Part shown: positions 9,321 to 21,016 of the stretch, in pieces | Position numbering within the stretch: position 1 is the first letter of the stretch | How the letters are laid out: each line of letters starts with the position of its first letter | Source: Trichormus sp. ATA11-4-KO1 | Lineage (GTDB): Bacteria > Cyanobacteriota > Cyanobacteriia > Cyanobacteriales > Nostocaceae | Direction: 5' to 3' | Length of the DNA: 64,000 nucleotides | Assembly (NCBI GenBank): GCA_019358915.1 | Contig: JAHHIM010000009.1 | Coordinates: 81,223-145,222, forward strand | Position numbers and translations under genes: made by a program | The notes under the pieces: model-generated | Told to the model about the DNA's origin: nothing | Databases searched by the model: none | Seen by the model: the letters and a program-made list of their open reading frames with translations, nothing else

Positions 9321-10880
9321 TTAAGAATCAGAACTTGGTTTGTTTTCAAAACGTTGGACTATGCGAGAAAGTTCCGCCTTTTCGTCGATACTAACGCGGG
9401 TAGGAGCCCCACTGACAATTCGTTCGTAGTTACGGAAAGAATCTTTAATTTCGGGACCGTCAGCAGTGATATTGTACTCACGGATACCTTTGTCATGCCA
9501 CGAACCTCGCATTTTAAATACGTTGATTGCTCGTGACATTTCACCACGAATTTCTACGTACTGTAACATCAAAATTGTGTCTGTAATTGTGGAAATATGA
9601 GAGTCAGTAATTGAATGTGACCCCATGAATTGGTCAGTTGTGTTGGTAAAAAAACCAGTGATCTCTTCTTGTTTTGCATAACCGGTCACACCGATGACAA
9701 ACTGGCGGAAGGCATTATTGCTTACTCCTCTAGCTAGGGCTGAGAGCGAGTCAATGGCAATACGAGAAGGTTTAAAAACTGCAATTTCTGATTTAATAAT
9801 TTGCAAGTGGTCTTCTAAACCAGTTGATTCAGGATATGTACAAATTATTTTGAGTAACCCTTGACGTTCTAAGTCCTCAAAATCTATTCCCCAAGAGTAG
9901 GCATTGCGAGACAATTGAGCGCGTGATTCTTCATAAGCAAATAATATTGCTTGTTCGCCATTGATACAGCCATCTTGGAGAAATTTGCTAACCAACAGAG
10001 TTTTTCCTGTACCAGTGGCTCCGGTTGTCAAAATAATAGAATCTTTAAAGAAACCACCGCCACACATCTCATCCAGGGTTTTAACTCCAGAAGATACCCT
10101 GACATTAGAAGAACGCTGAGTCAAGCGCATTGCCCCCAAGGGAAAAATATTGACTCCTTCATTAGTAATTGTGAAAGGATACTCACCTTTCATGTGTGTT
10201 GTACCACGCAATTTGAGAATTTCAATGGTGCGGCGGCGGCGTTCTCCTTCTAAAACGTTACGCACAATTACTACATTATCGGAAACAAATTCTTCAACAC
10301 CAAAAGAAGCAACAGAGCCGTATTCTTCACTACGTTCGGTGGTAATAATAGTTGTGACATGTAGTTGTTTGAGACGTGCTACTAGGCGAAAAATTTCCCG
10401 CCGCACTACTCCCATCGCTTCATATTGCTGAAAAACTGCTGTTATTGAGTCAATCGAAACTCTTTGTGCTTTGTATTTACGAATCGCGTATTGCAAGCGC
10501 TCAATGAGTGCTGAAAGGTCAAAATTACCGACAATATCTTGACCTTCTGGATCAGGTGAAGCATCGAGAATAAACAACTTGCCTTCATCAATGAGACGTT
10601 GTAAATTCCACCCAAAAATATGGGCATTTTTAATAATGTCACTAGGAGATTCTTCAAAAGTAACAAATACACCTGCTTCATCAAAGCGGGTAATACCGTT
10701 ATAGAGAAATTGCAGAGATAATAAGGTTTTGCCTGTGCCAGAGGTACCACTAACTAAGGTAGTTCTGCCAATAGGCAAACCACCATGACTAATATCGTCA
10801 AAGCCCTCTATCATCGTGCGAATTTTTTCTACACCACCAATTTGGGTGTTGTTTGGCGCTGGTTGGTCTTTTTCGCTCAT
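9321..10880 (-). CDS. kaiC: Circadian clock protein KaiC
   Basis: Two P-loops (GTSGTGKT, GATGTGKT), HISTITDT phosphosite region, DSFRNYERIVSG C-terminus. Confidence 0.99.
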   Translation of the reverse strand: MSEKDQPAPNNTQIGGVEKIRTMIEGFDDISHGGLPIGRTTLVSGTSGTGKTLLSLQFLYNGITRFDEAGVFVTFEESPSDIIKNAHIFGWNLQRLIDEGKLFILDASPDPEGQDIVGNFDLSALIERLQYAIRKYKAQRVSIDSITAVFQQYEAMGVVRREIFRLVARLKQLHVTTIITTERSEEYGSVASFGVEEFVSDNVVIVRNVLEGERRRRTIEILKLRGTTHMKGEYPFTITNEGVNIFPLGAMRLTQRSSNVRVSSGVKTLDEMCGGGFFKDSIILTTGATGTGKTLLVSKFLQDGCINGEQAILFAYEESRAQLSRNAYSWGIDFEDLERQGLLKIICTYPESTGLEDHLQIIKSEIAVFKPSRIAIDSLSALARGVSNNAFRQFVIGVTGYAKQEEITGFFTNTTDQFMGSHSITDSHISTITDTILMLQYVEIRGEMSRAINVFKMRGSWHDKGIREYNITADGPEIKDSFRNYERIVSGAPTRVSIDEKAELSRIVQRFENKPSSDS

Positions 10881-10968
10881 TGCTTCATAACAGATGGGTA
10901 TTAAACCCAGTTTTTATATTACTAAAGTTGGTAATTTGCCATCAAAGTTTTGAGGATTAAAGGTATTT

Positions 10969-11283
10969 TTACTCTTCCCAATCTTCTTCAATCAGTTCTT
11001 CGTAAAGTAAATCTAATCCAATTAACACTCTTTCTCTGTCTGATAGGTCACCAATTATTTTACGAACAGGTGGAGGCAAAATTTTAGATAACGTTGGCGT
11101 CGCTAATATTTTATCTTCTTCGGCTAGCTGCGGGTTTTTCAGCACGTCAATCACTTTCAAAGCATAAACACCTTGAAACTCCTGTTCTAAAATATTTTTG
11201 AGTATTTTTAATGCCCGTACTGAGTTTGGTGTGTTCCCTGCTACATAAAGCTTGAGAACATAGGTCTTTCTGGCTTTATTCAT
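10969..11283 (-). CDS. kaiB: Circadian clock protein KaiB
   Basis: [20 protein letters not shown]...[13 protein letters not shown]. Confidence 0.99.
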   Translation of the reverse strand: MNKARKTYVLKLYVAGNTPNSVRALKILKNILEQEFQGVYALKVIDVLKNPQLAEEDKILATPTLSKILPPPVRKIIGDLSDRERVLIGLDLLYEELIEEDWEE

Positions 11284-11388
11284 AAAGGTACAGGCTAGAC
11301 GTGAGAATTGAAATGTAGGATGATCAGATGAATGGGGAGAAAGTTACATCTATTGAGTAGGATCATCTTAAACTATTATAAATTTAAT

Positions 11389-11970
11389 TTATTTAGACAT
11401 CGAACATCTATAGAGTTCGCAAAGGTGGGCGAGAATATCTATCAGTGCTAGGCGGTAATCAAGTAATGTTTCATCACTCCTTCCTTCTAATCTTAGCTGT
11501 ACGGAAAAGTCTTCAATTAGTTCCATATGAAATTCTATGATTTGCGGCACAGGAATATTAGCACAAAATACCGCATTGATAAATTTATCAATTTTTTCTT
11601 TCAGTGTTTTGTCCGTAGTAAAGTAATGTATAAGAATTTGGCGATAATCTGATTTGAGTTGTTGCAACAATACCTGCCGATCAACTTGAGTCATCTGCTG
11701 AAAGAACTGCTGTGGTTTTTGCTTATGACACGTAAATACATAAAAATATTTATTAGTGAAATTTTCATTAAGATATTGTTGCCACCATGCCAGTAGATAG
11801 TAAATTTTAGCAGTAGTGGTAGTAACTATAGGCGAGAGGTAAAATTGGTTGGTAGTGTAATGTCTAGAACTCCACATTGGCCAGATTAATTTGGGTTTAG
11901 TGGCTAGCTTAGTGGGAGTATCTAAATTTTTTTGAACATTCGATGGAAAAGTAAATATGGGTAGTAGCAT
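11389..11970 (-). CDS. kaiA: Circadian clock protein KaiA (short Nostocales form; start uncertain, alternative ATG at 11694)
   Basis: C-terminal KaiA domain LKSDYRQIL..YF...IIEFHMELIEDFS.QLRLEGRS...LLDYRL.LIDILAHLCELYR; upstream of kaiB. Confidence 0.95.
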   Translation of the reverse strand: MLLPIFTFPSNVQKNLDTPTKLATKPKLIWPMWSSRHYTTNQFYLSPIVTTTTAKIYYLLAWWQQYLNENFTNKYFYVFTCHKQKPQQFFQQMTQVDRQVLLQQLKSDYRQILIHYFTTDKTLKEKIDKFINAVFCANIPVPQIIEFHMELIEDFSVQLRLEGRSDETLLDYRLALIDILAHLCELYRCSMSK

Positions 11971-12663
11971 CTATATACATGGGATATTTTCTGACTAATC
12001 ACCCTCACCAAGAGTGATGGACTAAATAGATGTGGATCACACTTCTCAGGGATGACTGGAGTCTCTAAAAGTTGTAAGTTAACTTCCAGAAAAAACTTTG
12101 GATTAACTTTACTTAGCAACGCCAGTTACTACCGTGCGGGAAGACGTAGAAGCGTCTACAGCATTCAGCACTTTCAACTTAGGTTGTTGAGCAAGCGTTT
12201 GTTGTCAATGAAAATACACAACTTAATTGATGATTTGCATATGCATATCTCTCCCGATATAGATATTTGGATTTCACACCTTGATAAGATACTTAAACTA
12301 ACTTAAAGTATTGTCGCATTCTAAATCATTATAATTCCTCAAGGTTCTAAAGCGAATCTTTGGGCCCATAATTGTTTTAGTTATCACGATCAAAAAGGAG
12401 TTTCCACACCAATAGGATACTGACAAGAATATTTCCCCCAGTTCAAAGTGGCAAAAGGAAGCACTGCTACTTGGAAGAGGAGTAAATCCCAGCAACCGTG
12501 TCTCTTGAGAACCAATCTCATTGTTTTAATGGCGTTGAAGCTGTAACAAGAATTGCTTAAATGAGTCTTCTTAAAGGAGATTGCTTCAGGCGCAAACACT
12601 ATTTGCCGAAGAGCCGATGGTGAAGCCGCAGGCTTCCACAAGAAGAATGACCCCCAAAGCCTT

Positions 12664-15600
12664 ATGTCAATGCTACAGTACCCGCTTTATGACTTTCTAG
12701 CAACCGTACCCAACTGCGTAGAAACAAGTACTCTGGCAATGGTGCTAGAGATTTTTGAGCAAGAGCAGTGCGATCGCTTGGTAATAGTGAATCAGCAGCA
12801 ATGCCCCTTAGGATTGCTGCACTCTGCCCGGTTAACACAAAAATTATTGGCAGCATCTGGTGACGAGCAAGTTTTAAATTTGCAGCAGCCATTATTAACC
12901 TGGGATCAAACCATTATTGAGCCACTAAATACATTACCAGCAACCTATGGTTTAGAGCAATTTAAGCTATTTTTGCGGCACCAACAAATCCCAACAAACA
13001 ATAGCGGGGATTGGGCATTGATTGATGTCGATGGCAAATTTTTGGGGCTGCTGAACAGCGCACGTCTGTTAGGGTTATTGGCTAAGGAAAAATTGGCAGT
13101 CAGTAGAGTGGGAAATAAATATGCAGCCAAGAAAATCTCCCCCAGTCATGCAGACAGACCTGGTAAAAGAGCGAAAACTCATTGGCGAACTGACAAGCCA
13201 GCGCTGGGGCGATCGCGCCGCGTCAATCAACGTCAGCCACTGGTGCAGCTATTGGAACTACTGCCTTGGCCTTTGATGCTGCAAACTGGAACGGGTGAGG
13301 TAGTGGCACAAAATCCGGCTTGGTGGCAGCAATTGGGAGCATTTAAAGATCCAGAAGCAGTCAGGCAACAGGTAGAGGCAATATTAGCCCCCGTCCGCGT
13401 TCAACAACCAGAATATGCTGGATCAGGAGAACATACCTTATCTGTCAGGAACGAAGCGCCACCGCAAAAAAGCTTGTTCCCTTTATCGTCAGTATCTACA
13501 CCACTGATTGATCACCAGCACCAGCAGTCGGCAACTACAATCACTAAATTCAGTCGCTGCTTTTTGGATAGTCAAATGGGTACTTGTACTTGTGTCGTAG
13601 AAGTGCAAAATGGTCAAGAGCGCATCTGGCAGTTTGCCAAAATCCCATTAGATAGTCCTGAGTCAGAAGTTATACTCAGTAAGGAGTTGACTCACGATTC
13701 AGAACTGGAAAGTGACTTATGGTTAGTATTAGCTACCGACGTCACCGAGCAACAGCAGATTTGTAAAGAACTAGCCGCGAAGAATGCTGATCTTATTCAA
13801 CTAAATCGTTTAAAAGACGAGTTTTTAGCTTGTATTAGTCATGAACTCAAGACCCCGCTCACTGCCGTTTTGGGATTATCGCGGTTGCTCGTGGATCAGC
13901 AGTTGGGAGAACTTAACGAACGTCAAGCCCGTTATGCGGGACTGATTCATCAAAGTGGCAGACATCTGATGAGTGTGGTCAATGACATTTTGGATTTGAC
14001 CCGCATGGAGACCGGACAGATGGATTTGGCCTTCGTCCCAGTGAAAATTCGTGCCGTGTGCGATCGCGCCCTCACAGAAGCCAAAGCTATTCACACTCAA
14101 ACCACCAAAGCGACAACCAGCCAATCTCCACCAGCAAATTCTTTACCTGAATTTACCATCTCCATTGAACCAGGCTTAGACCAGATTGTCGCAGATGAAT
14201 TGCGCTTACGTCAGATGCTGGTACACCTACTTTCTAACGCCTTTAAGTTCACCGAAAACTCTGGGGAAATTGGTTTGCGGGTGAGCCGTTGGGAAGGCTG
14301 GATTGCGTTTACAATCTGGGACACAGGCATTGGCATTCCCGAACATCAACAACATTTAATTTTCCAAAAATTCCAACAATTGGAAAATCCCCTGACTCGC
14401 CAGTTTGAAGGTACTGGTCTGGGGCTAGTCTTAACTAGGGCTTTAGCTCGCCTCCACGGAGGTGATGTCAGCTTTTTGTCTCGTGAAGGTAAAGGTAGCC
14501 AGTTTACATTACTTCTACCACCCAGCCCACCCACAACAGGTTTCACCGAGCCAGGTGTGGAAGAAGAAATCCCCATGACTGAGACACAAGGAGTTACAAC
14601 CTCAGCACGTCAGCGCGTCACCGCTACTGCCCAACATCATCCCACTAGTTCACAACGGTTAGTGCTAGTAGTCGAAGCAGTAGCTAGATATATTGAAGAT
14701 TTGACCGAGCAACTTAAAGGTTTAGGTTATCGGGTGGTAATTGCTCGCTCAGGCACAGAGGCGGTAGAAAAAGCCCGGCGTTTACAACCAAAAGCGATCT
14801 TCTTGAATCCTTTATTACCCTTACTTTCGGGTTGGGATGTACTGACCTTACTAAAATCTGATGCCGCAACTCGCCAAATTCCTGTAATGGTGACAGCGAC
14901 AGGAGCCGAAAAAGAGCAAGCATTTTCTCACCGAGCCGATGGTTTTCTGAGTTTGCCAGTAGACAATCAAGCCTTAGCACCACTCCTAGAAAAGTTATGT
15001 GCAACACCAGAAATTCAGCAATCAGGATTAGAAAATCACGAAATCACCCCACCTCAAACTCTACTGCGAATTCTCAGGTTGGTGAATCCTCACTTAGAAT
15101 CAATTCACCCCCACCCTTCACTGCAAGAACATCGGGTAATTGAGGTAGATGACTTAGATCAGGCAGAACTCTTAGCACGGGTTTGGCAATTCGATGTCAT
15201 TTTGCTGGATGTAGAAAGTTCTCTGGCCCAAACCTATCTGCAACAGTTAACTCACTATCCTTTATTGGCTGATCTCCCTCTGGTAACTTGCGATGTAGCC
15301 ACCACCTTGGCAGCTTCCCAGATACCTGGTTTGTCTGTGTTTCCTTACTTAACACCATTCACTCAAGACAATAAAAACCGCACCGATAAAACAGACCCAT
15401 TATTATCAGTTCTGCAAATTGCATCTGGTATCTGCTGCCCACCCAGCATTTTAGTGGTAGATTTGGCGATGCTGCACGACTTACCACAGATCAGACGCAA
15501 ACAAATTAGGGGGCATAGAACAACAAAAAACTCCTCACTCAGTAGTGATTATACTGAACGGGGATCTGAGTGGTTCCAAGCTTTAATTCAGTACTTACAA

Positions 15601-16023
15601 ACCGCCGGCTTGAAAGCAGCCATGGGTCGCTGTTGGGTAGAAGTGCTACAACAAATTCGGCACCAAAGCGTTGACTTACTACTGATTTGCTTAGGAGAGT
15701 CTTCTATCCATAAAGATGTACTAAAAGCATTGAAAGCATTGGCAGATTTACCGTTCGATTTACCACCAATTTTGGTGATTGACCAGCGCTTAAATCACAC
15801 TCAAATTAATTCCCTACCTGACATTTCCCAGACAGCAACTGAGCGACGAAAAAACGGCAGATTAGATACAGTAGAAACTGTCATGAGTACTTTAGCTCAG
15901 CTTGTCGAAGACACTGCCATCCAGATTTTACCTCGTTCTATATCAATGGAAGATTTATTGCATCAAATCAATCAAGCTTTAGCTGTCAAAGATGTAATGC
16001 GTAATTCTAAAAAGGTAAGGTAA
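12664..16023 (+). CDS. Hybrid histidine kinase/response regulator with CBS-like N-terminus and degenerate receivers
   Basis: H-box FLACISHELKTPL; HATPase DTGIGI/GTGLGL; receiver-like domains lacking canonical acidic residues (VVEAVAR, IFLNPLLP). Divergent from kaiA. Confidence 0.9.
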   Translation: MSMLQYPLYDFLATVPNCVETSTLAMVLEIFEQEQCDRLVIVNQQQCPLGLLHSARLTQKLLAASGDEQVLNLQQPLLTWDQTIIEPLNTLPATYGLEQFKLFLRHQQIPTNNSGDWALIDVDGKFLGLLNSARLLGLLAKEKLAVSRVGNKYAAKKISPSHADRPGKRAKTHWRTDKPALGRSRRVNQRQPLVQLLELLPWPLMLQTGTGEVVAQNPAWWQQLGAFKDPEAVRQQVEAILAPVRVQQPEYAGSGEHTLSVRNEAPPQKSLFPLSSVSTPLIDHQHQQSATTITKFSRCFLDSQMGTCTCVVEVQNGQERIWQFAKIPLDSPESEVILSKELTHDSELESDLWLVLATDVTEQQQICKELAAKNADLIQLNRLKDEFLACISHELKTPLTAVLGLSRLLVDQQLGELNERQARYAGLIHQSGRHLMSVVNDILDLTRMETGQMDLAFVPVKIRAVCDRALTEAKAIHTQTTKATTSQSPPANSLPEFTISIEPGLDQIVADELRLRQMLVHLLSNAFKFTENSGEIGLRVSRWEGWIAFTIWDTGIGIPEHQQHLIFQKFQQLENPLTRQFEGTGLGLVLTRALARLHGGDVSFLSREGKGSQFTLLLPPSPPTTGFTEPGVEEEIPMTETQGVTTSARQRVTATAQHHPTSSQRLVLVVEAVARYIEDLTEQLKGLGYRVVIARSGTEAVEKARRLQPKAIFLNPLLPLLSGWDVLTLLKSDAATRQIPVMVTATGAEKEQAFSHRADGFLSLPVDNQALAPLLEKLCATPEIQQSGLENHEITPPQTLLRILRLVNPHLESIHPHPSLQEHRVIEVDDLDQAELLARVWQFDVILLDVESSLAQTYLQQLTHYPLLADLPLVTCDVATTLAASQIPGLSVFPYLTPFTQDNKNRTDKTDPLLSVLQIASGICCPPSILVVDLAMLHDLPQIRRKQIRGHRTTKNSSLSSDYTERGSEWFQALIQYLQTAGLKAAMGRCWVEVLQQIRHQSVDLLLICLGESSIHKDVLKALKALADLPFDLPPILVIDQRLNHTQINSLPDISQTATERRKNGRLDTVETVMSTLAQLVEDTAIQILPRSISMEDLLHQINQALAVKDVMRNSKKVR

Positions 16024-16128
16024 ATTTTTGTTTGTAGTGAGCGATTTGTCGCTTTCTTAGGAGGTTTTAAAGGGCTAGAGCCGCTGACTACGAAATTAAG
16101 TCTTACTACTTAATTCGTAATTATTTTG

Positions 16129-17997
16129 TTAGCTAATTTTGGCTAGTTTAGTTGATGATATTTTTAGCTTTTCTTTGTCCATTTTCCTAAAAGAAACTCG
16201 AATTAATTGATAGGCACCTTTAGTAGCTAAATTATCATAAATGTCTGGTGGCAAGTCCATTTTGACAAAAGTTTTCGGTTCAGCTAAGACTAGCAAAGAG
16301 GAATTTTTGTCTGACTGGGCACCCCGGTTTTGAATATGCTCTACAGCGTCTTTTGTCAATTTGATGAAATTTATATGTTTTTGGGTGTAAAATACTACGC
16401 TTGGCTTTTTGAAACCCACCATAACTAGTTCTTCCTGCGGTTTTTGCACTTCCACCACAACAGCAGATAATTCCCTTAAAGGTAGCTGACGTTGCTGATC
16501 CATCAAAAATAAAGCAGGCATCAAAACAATCATTAAGAATGCCACAAACAACGCTAAATTCACGTTGATAATAGAGTACCAACGGCGACTTAAGATTAAA
16601 ATTGCCATGATGATGGCACCAAATAGCCAAATGAATCCCCCTAGTCCTGGTAAACCAGCATTTTGAATTAGTAGGCGGAAGTCTGGTGCCACTGAATTAC
16701 TACCTAGTAAATAAAATATATGAAACAGTGCTACTGCCAGTACCGTGACAAATCCAACATTGATCCAAGCACTGACTTTGAGGAAAGAGGAAGCAGAAGC
16801 AGTGTTTTGGTTCTTGTCCTGGAAAAAGTCACTCCATAACAGCGCCACGAGAATAGCGGCGGCTGGCATTAAAGGTAAAACATAGCTAGGGAGTTTAGTA
16901 ACAGCAATAGTAAAAAAGCCAAAGATACTAATAAACCAGATACAGGCAAATAAACCCAATTGCTGAGAGCGTTCTTGGGAGCGCCAGTGCGATCGCTGCC
17001 AAAATTTTAGTCTCACCATGGCTACAGGTAAGTAAACTGAGTATGGCGCAAAGCCCAACAGCACCACGAGAAAGTAAAAATACCAGGGTGCTGAGTGACC
17101 ATTAACTACTTCTGTGAAGCGTTCCAGGTTGTGATAACCAAAAAAGGAATTAATGTAATTCCAACCATTATGCCAAACTACTAGCAAATACCAGGGTGCT
17201 GATAAACCAAAAATAATCAGCATCCCCATGAGGGGACGCATTTCCCGGAATACTTCTCGTACCTTGCCTACATAAAATAGAAATCCAGCGATAATTAGCC
17301 CCGGCAAAACAATTCCCACAGGCCCCTTGCTCAAAATTGCCCCAGCAATTAGCACGTAACAGGCCAAATACCATTTGTTAGGTAATAGGGATCGGGAGTG
17401 AAGCATTGAGGAAGTAACATCTACTTCTGCTTTTTCCTGTGCATATCCCAGAAAAAAGCATAACAAGGCTGATGCCATGCAACCAGTCAGCAGCATATCT
17501 GAGACACCCGTTCTTCCCCAGACAATCATCTCGGCATTGAGTGCCAACATCGCTGCGGCAATGAAAGCTGTTAAGTAGCGGCGAGTAGGATGTGAAACCT
17601 GCTCTAAAGCATCTTTTTGAGAGAAATACCATTGTACGGTGTAAAACGTTAAACCAATGACTCCCAGGGATGCGATCGCTGAAGGCAGACGTACTGCCCA
17701 TTCATTCACCCCCAAAATTGTATAGGCGATCGCTTGACACCAGTAAATTAAAGCAGGTTTATCAAACCGCGTTTCGCCATTGAAAAAGGGAGTGATCCAG
17801 TCACCTGTAACAAACATTTGACGGGAGGCTTCAGCAAACAAGGGTTCTGTTTCATCAATCAAGCCCACGCTGCCTAAATTCCACCCATAAGCAATCCAAC
17901 CAATCAGGAGTAATACAGTCACAGCGAAACTGGGACTTTTCACTAGATTGTTGAACCACTGGTTAACAGTACGCGGAACACTCAATTTCATCCTCAT
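16129..17997 (-). CDS. ArnT/PMT-family (GT-C) membrane glycosyltransferase
   Basis: DETEPLFAEASRQM...GDWITP.FNG..RFDKP, KGPVG, TKLPSYVLP; many TM helices. Confidence 0.9.
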   Translation of the reverse strand: MRMKLSVPRTVNQWFNNLVKSPSFAVTVLLLIGWIAYGWNLGSVGLIDETEPLFAEASRQMFVTGDWITPFFNGETRFDKPALIYWCQAIAYTILGVNEWAVRLPSAIASLGVIGLTFYTVQWYFSQKDALEQVSHPTRRYLTAFIAAAMLALNAEMIVWGRTGVSDMLLTGCMASALLCFFLGYAQEKAEVDVTSSMLHSRSLLPNKWYLACYVLIAGAILSKGPVGIVLPGLIIAGFLFYVGKVREVFREMRPLMGMLIIFGLSAPWYLLVVWHNGWNYINSFFGYHNLERFTEVVNGHSAPWYFYFLVVLLGFAPYSVYLPVAMVRLKFWQRSHWRSQERSQQLGLFACIWFISIFGFFTIAVTKLPSYVLPLMPAAAILVALLWSDFFQDKNQNTASASSFLKVSAWINVGFVTVLAVALFHIFYLLGSNSVAPDFRLLIQNAGLPGLGGFIWLFGAIIMAILILSRRWYSIINVNLALFVAFLMIVLMPALFLMDQQRQLPLRELSAVVVEVQKPQEELVMVGFKKPSVVFYTQKHINFIKLTKDAVEHIQNRGAQSDKNSSLLVLAEPKTFVKMDLPPDIYDNLATKGAYQLIRVSFRKMDKEKLKISSTKLAKIS

Positions 17998-18131
17998 TAG
18001 TCATTAAATAGTCAACAATTAAACATAACTAGTCAATAGTCGTTGAAGAGCTATGTTTTGTTCTTGTAAAAGGGAATGGGGCATTGGGCATTGGTTATTT
18101 ACCTTGTCCCCCCATCCCCTTCCCAGTCCCG

Positions 18132-18755
18132 TTAAGGAGTCAGTACCAATAACCATTCGCGATTTTGCGTATTCCATTTAGGCAAGGAAGTTTCTCCAAC
18201 AACATACGGGCCCCAGTAGCGCCGGGAACCATCTTGTGCAAAGGCAACTATAATATCTCCCTTCTCCAATTTGAGGTTCCCATGAGGCAGGGAGAGAAGC
18301 AACCCCTTTTCACTACCTTCTTGGGGATCAAAATCCCAATGAGCAGGAATATCATAGTTAGTTGGTTTATTACTAGAATCTTTCTCTAGTGGCTGCCGTG
18401 GCAGTAAAGCTAACCGCACAGGTTGGTCTGTTTGATTGCTTATGCGTAAAGTTCCTTGATTTTTGGCATCAGCAACCGAGTTTTGACGCTCTGCCAAGAT
18501 GTGAGTACTGCTAATTCCCACTTGATTAGTTGGAGTGGTTGCTGGACTTGAGGTGCTAGTAGAAGTAACTGTTTCATCTGGGACAGGTGATGCTGAAGTG
18601 ACATCCAATTGTGATGTGTCTTGAGATACTCGTGAAGATGTATTGGAATTGGTTGACTCAAAAGACACACTCATTTCCCAACATCCTAACAGTAATCCCA
18701 GTAGCCCCAAAGCACAAGCTGTAACAACAGTGTGACGATATACTGAAGATTTCAT
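18132..18755 (-). CDS. Hypothetical lipoprotein
   Basis: Lipobox-like LLLGC, Ser/Thr-rich linker, conserved-looking C-terminus (AHWDF.PQEGS...RRYWGPYVVG). Confidence 0.75.
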   Translation of the reverse strand: MKSSVYRHTVVTACALGLLGLLLGCWEMSVSFESTNSNTSSRVSQDTSQLDVTSASPVPDETVTSTSTSSPATTPTNQVGISSTHILAERQNSVADAKNQGTLRISNQTDQPVRLALLPRQPLEKDSSNKPTNYDIPAHWDFDPQEGSEKGLLLSLPHGNLKLEKGDIIVAFAQDGSRRYWGPYVVGETSLPKWNTQNREWLLVLTP

Positions 18756-19313
18756 ATTGATAGTGATTAGTAATAATATTTTGTTTAGGCTTGACCAAAT
18801 ACTAGCCTATTATTTGCAGCAGTAATCTGGGATATGTAGCTACTCACTTACTAGAGATTTTCGTGAAATTAGGATATGCAATGTATCATAAATATCATTA
18901 TTTTGCAAAAAAGTAGAGCATAAAAAATTACCTTGTTTCTCAATCAAAAAAGGGTAGAAAAGCCTGCTTATTCGTGAATTAATTCAGAACAACAGCCAAA
19001 AATTGCAAAATATGATACATAAATCTGAAAAGATTTGTAGAAATACAAAAAGCTGCTTTTCAGAATTAAGTAGTGTGAGCAACAAGGTATTTTTTGTAAA
19101 TCCCCAGATTTTACAACTGTAAATTTTTCATAATTCTTAATAATTTACAGTGAAGTTAAAATTTAGTAGCTATTCATACCAATTTTGTGTGAAGCTGTGC
19201 TTGATTTACCCCAGGCTCACAAGCAAAATCTGCCAGGCAGACTAATTGGCATATCTTTACCAAAAAATGGTATCACAACAATATTAAAAGTTTCGCAAAA
19301 ATCCTCACCTCAG

Positions 19314-19646
19314 ATGCAAAACACTCGTCTCACAAACTTATTCGATGCCATTGCTAGGCGTTTGAGGCAATGGTTTTTAAATCCTTGGCGACGTCTATCG
19401 CTATTAATTATTAATTTTTTATTCGGCTTTTTTCTAGGAACAGCAATTTCCACCATCGCTGGACAAAGAGGCACATTAGACATTTTGATAGCTGGTATTT
19501 TAGTGGCGTTGACAGAGATTACTAGCAGGATATTTTATAGTCGCAGCTTTTTGGCAAGGCAAGCACTTTGGGTAGAATCACTCAACTTACTGAAAGTGGG
19601 TTTCATCTACAGCATGTTTGTTGAAGCCTTTAAACTGGGTTCATAA
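19314..19646 (+). CDS. Ycf20/DUF565 family membrane protein
   Basis: MQNTRL...WFLNPWRRLSL...FVEAFKLGS. ATG at 19314 preferred over the ORF-track start at 19185. Confidence 0.85.
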   Translation: MQNTRLTNLFDAIARRLRQWFLNPWRRLSLLIINFLFGFFLGTAISTIAGQRGTLDILIAGILVALTEITSRIFYSRSFLARQALWVESLNLLKVGFIYSMFVEAFKLGS

Positions 19647-19732
19647 AGCCTTCTAAATTTAGTAGAGCTATGTTGAGTATTTTAACTGGTTGACAAAAAG
19701 AACTCACTCTTGTCATTTCACGGATACATTTC

Positions 19733-20575
19733 TCATGTAGAAAATGGCTGAAGATGCTGCTTAAACCATGACTGAAGACACTGCCAGCCTTGCTTGGCTT
19801 CTGTTTCGCGGTAGGAGGGACGATAATCGGCAAAAAAGGCGTGGGGTGCATCGGGGTAGACAATGATTTTGGATTGGCTACTGCTGGACTTGAGGCGAAC
19901 GCGCATCTGCTCTACAGTATCCAGAGGAATACCTGTATCCTGACCACCGTAGAGTCCGAGGACAGGGACTCGCAAATCAGAGGCAATATCAACTGGATGC
20001 TGGGGTGTAAGTTCGGTCTTATCGCCCACCAATCGCCCGTACCAGGCCACACCTGCCTTGACTTGAGGATTATGTGCTGCATACAGCCAGGTAATACGAC
20101 CGCCCCAGCAGAAGCCTGTAATTCCCAACTTATCCGCGTTGCCCTTAGCTGATTTCACAGCCCAGTCTACCGTGGCATCAAGATCGGATAGTACCTGCGC
20201 ATCTGGCACTTTCGCGACTATCGGACGAATTTCATCTATGCTGGTTAACTTTGAGACATCACCTTGACGCACGAACATTTCCGGTGCGATCGCTAAATAC
20301 CCTAAATTAGCAAAGCGACGACAAACATCCTGGATATGCTCATGCACGCCAAAGATTTCTTGAATCACCAGCACAATGGGGAAATTTTCTCCCTTTGCAG
20401 GTACAGCTCTGTAAGCAGGAATTTCACCATCTGAGACGGGAATTTTCACCGCACTTGCTACCAACCCCTGAGCGTCGGTGGTAATCACTTGAGCCGAAAT
20501 GGGCTGCACGGCGAGGGCAAAACCAGTCGCCAAGGTGGCAGTTGTGATAAATTTGCGGCGTGTTATTTCTTTCAT
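19733..20575 (-). CDS. Dienelactone hydrolase family protein with Tat-like signal
   Basis: TRRKFI N-terminus; [16 protein letters not shown] nucleophile motif, [11 protein letters not shown]. Confidence 0.92.
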   Translation of the reverse strand: MKEITRRKFITTATLATGFALAVQPISAQVITTDAQGLVASAVKIPVSDGEIPAYRAVPAKGENFPIVLVIQEIFGVHEHIQDVCRRFANLGYLAIAPEMFVRQGDVSKLTSIDEIRPIVAKVPDAQVLSDLDATVDWAVKSAKGNADKLGITGFCWGGRITWLYAAHNPQVKAGVAWYGRLVGDKTELTPQHPVDIASDLRVPVLGLYGGQDTGIPLDTVEQMRVRLKSSSSQSKIIVYPDAPHAFFADYRPSYRETEAKQGWQCLQSWFKQHLQPFST

Positions 20576-20697
20576 GATTTTGATAGTTAGCTATACAACC
20601 TAGATTCCGCAGGCAAGTGATGAGATTAATAGTATTTTTGACGAATGACACTATAAGTATCAGAAATAAGAGTACAAGATATTGAGCAAATAATTAC

Positions 20698-20737
20698 TAA
20701 TTCGTAATTCGTAATTCGTAATTCGTAATTCGTAATT
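20698..20737 (+). repeat. Tandem heptamer repeat (TAATTCG)x5-6
   Basis: taattcgtaattcgtaattcgtaattcgtaattcgtaatt. Confidence 0.9.
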
Positions 20738-21016
20738 AAAGAGGGTACAAGCCCCCACTGATTGTAACTACGTACAGCCTGGCGGCATCTGTAGGCTCTA
20801 TTATCAATTACGAATTATGTTGACCACTGTGGGATAGTGGCAGGTATCATAGACCAGATGTGTTTGGTAGAGCAACACAAGAATATACTGACTCCAGTTC
20901 CAGGCTCCTCAATCAGCGATCGCCATTAAAGAATTAAGAAAATTATCAGGCAGTGACGACAATGGCGCTAAACTCTTATGACGAATCAGCCCTTAGAGTC
21001 AACTTGATAGCTTCTG

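Noticed and set aside
12480..12660. Possible riboswitch upstream of the hybrid kinase
   Set aside because: GC-richer leader, but I could not match any riboswitch consensus.
20698..20737. Tandem 7-mer repeats (also at about 1916, 7038, 44374 and 50424) as a novel system
   Set aside because: Typical STRR repeats of heterocystous cyanobacteria.
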